NCBI GenBank assembly: GCA_964234715.1 | Contig: OZ174276.1 | Direction: 5' to 3' (one strand) | From: Podarcis melisellensis | Lineage: Eukaryota | Length of the DNA stretch: 64,000 bases | Shown here: piece after piece, positions 63,731 through 64,000 of the stretch | Numbering within the stretch: the stretch's first letter is position 1 | Layout: every line of letters begins with the position of its first letter | Translations under genes and position numbers: made by a program | The notes under the pieces: generated by a model | The model's database searches: none | What the model was told of the DNA's origin: nothing | What the model saw: only the letters and a program-made list of their open reading frames with translations

Positions 63731-64000
63731 TATATCTAATTAGACTCCTGCACTGTCTCTGCCCCCCACCTACCACTCCACTGCTGCCTGTCTACACCTT
63801 TGGATGCTCTGAAGTTTGACCTTGTTAGAACGGTGTCAGTCCCTCTTCTCAGTTTGCATTAGCATTCCTGCGCAGCCCGTGTTACTCCTGATTCTCTCTT
63901 TCCCAGTTCCTCCGGGGCCAGGCCAGCTCAAGAGCTGTTCTGTAAGTCATTAACGGGTCATAGTGCAAACCGCGTTCCTGTTGTGTAGCTGCGGTGTGCA

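Overview
Eukaryotic vertebrate DNA, most likely a squamate lizard; the SINE/LINE/MITE content resembles lacertids, which is an inference. Two head-to-head genes fill the window. (1) RBM27 on the minus strand: 5' part only, ATG at 16854, nine coding exons traced down to position 52, and the gene runs off the left edge. (2) A complete LARS1 (cytosolic leucyl-tRNA synthetase) on the plus strand: 32 coding exons from 20854 to 61195, summing to 3528 nt = 1175 aa + stop, all GT-AG and frame-consistent. Each gene has its own CpG-island promoter, and the two start codons are 4.0 kb apart. Introns carry CR1, L2 and L1 LINE fragments, tRNA-derived SINEs, TA-flanked Tc1/mariner MITEs (one nested), hAT MITEs and microsatellites. 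I found no convincing new biological system, RNA gene or CRISPR array. The most interesting items are a young hAT MITE carrying TTAGGG-containing tandem repeats, three ATF4/CARE-like motifs and a candidate poison exon in LARS1 intron 1, the apparent absence of the mammalian RBM27 exon 9, an inverted MITE pair that could favour back-splicing of LARS1 exons 15-30, and an orphan micro-exon at the right edge where PLAC8L1 is expected by synteny. Comparisons with human proteins are from memory, not from a database search.
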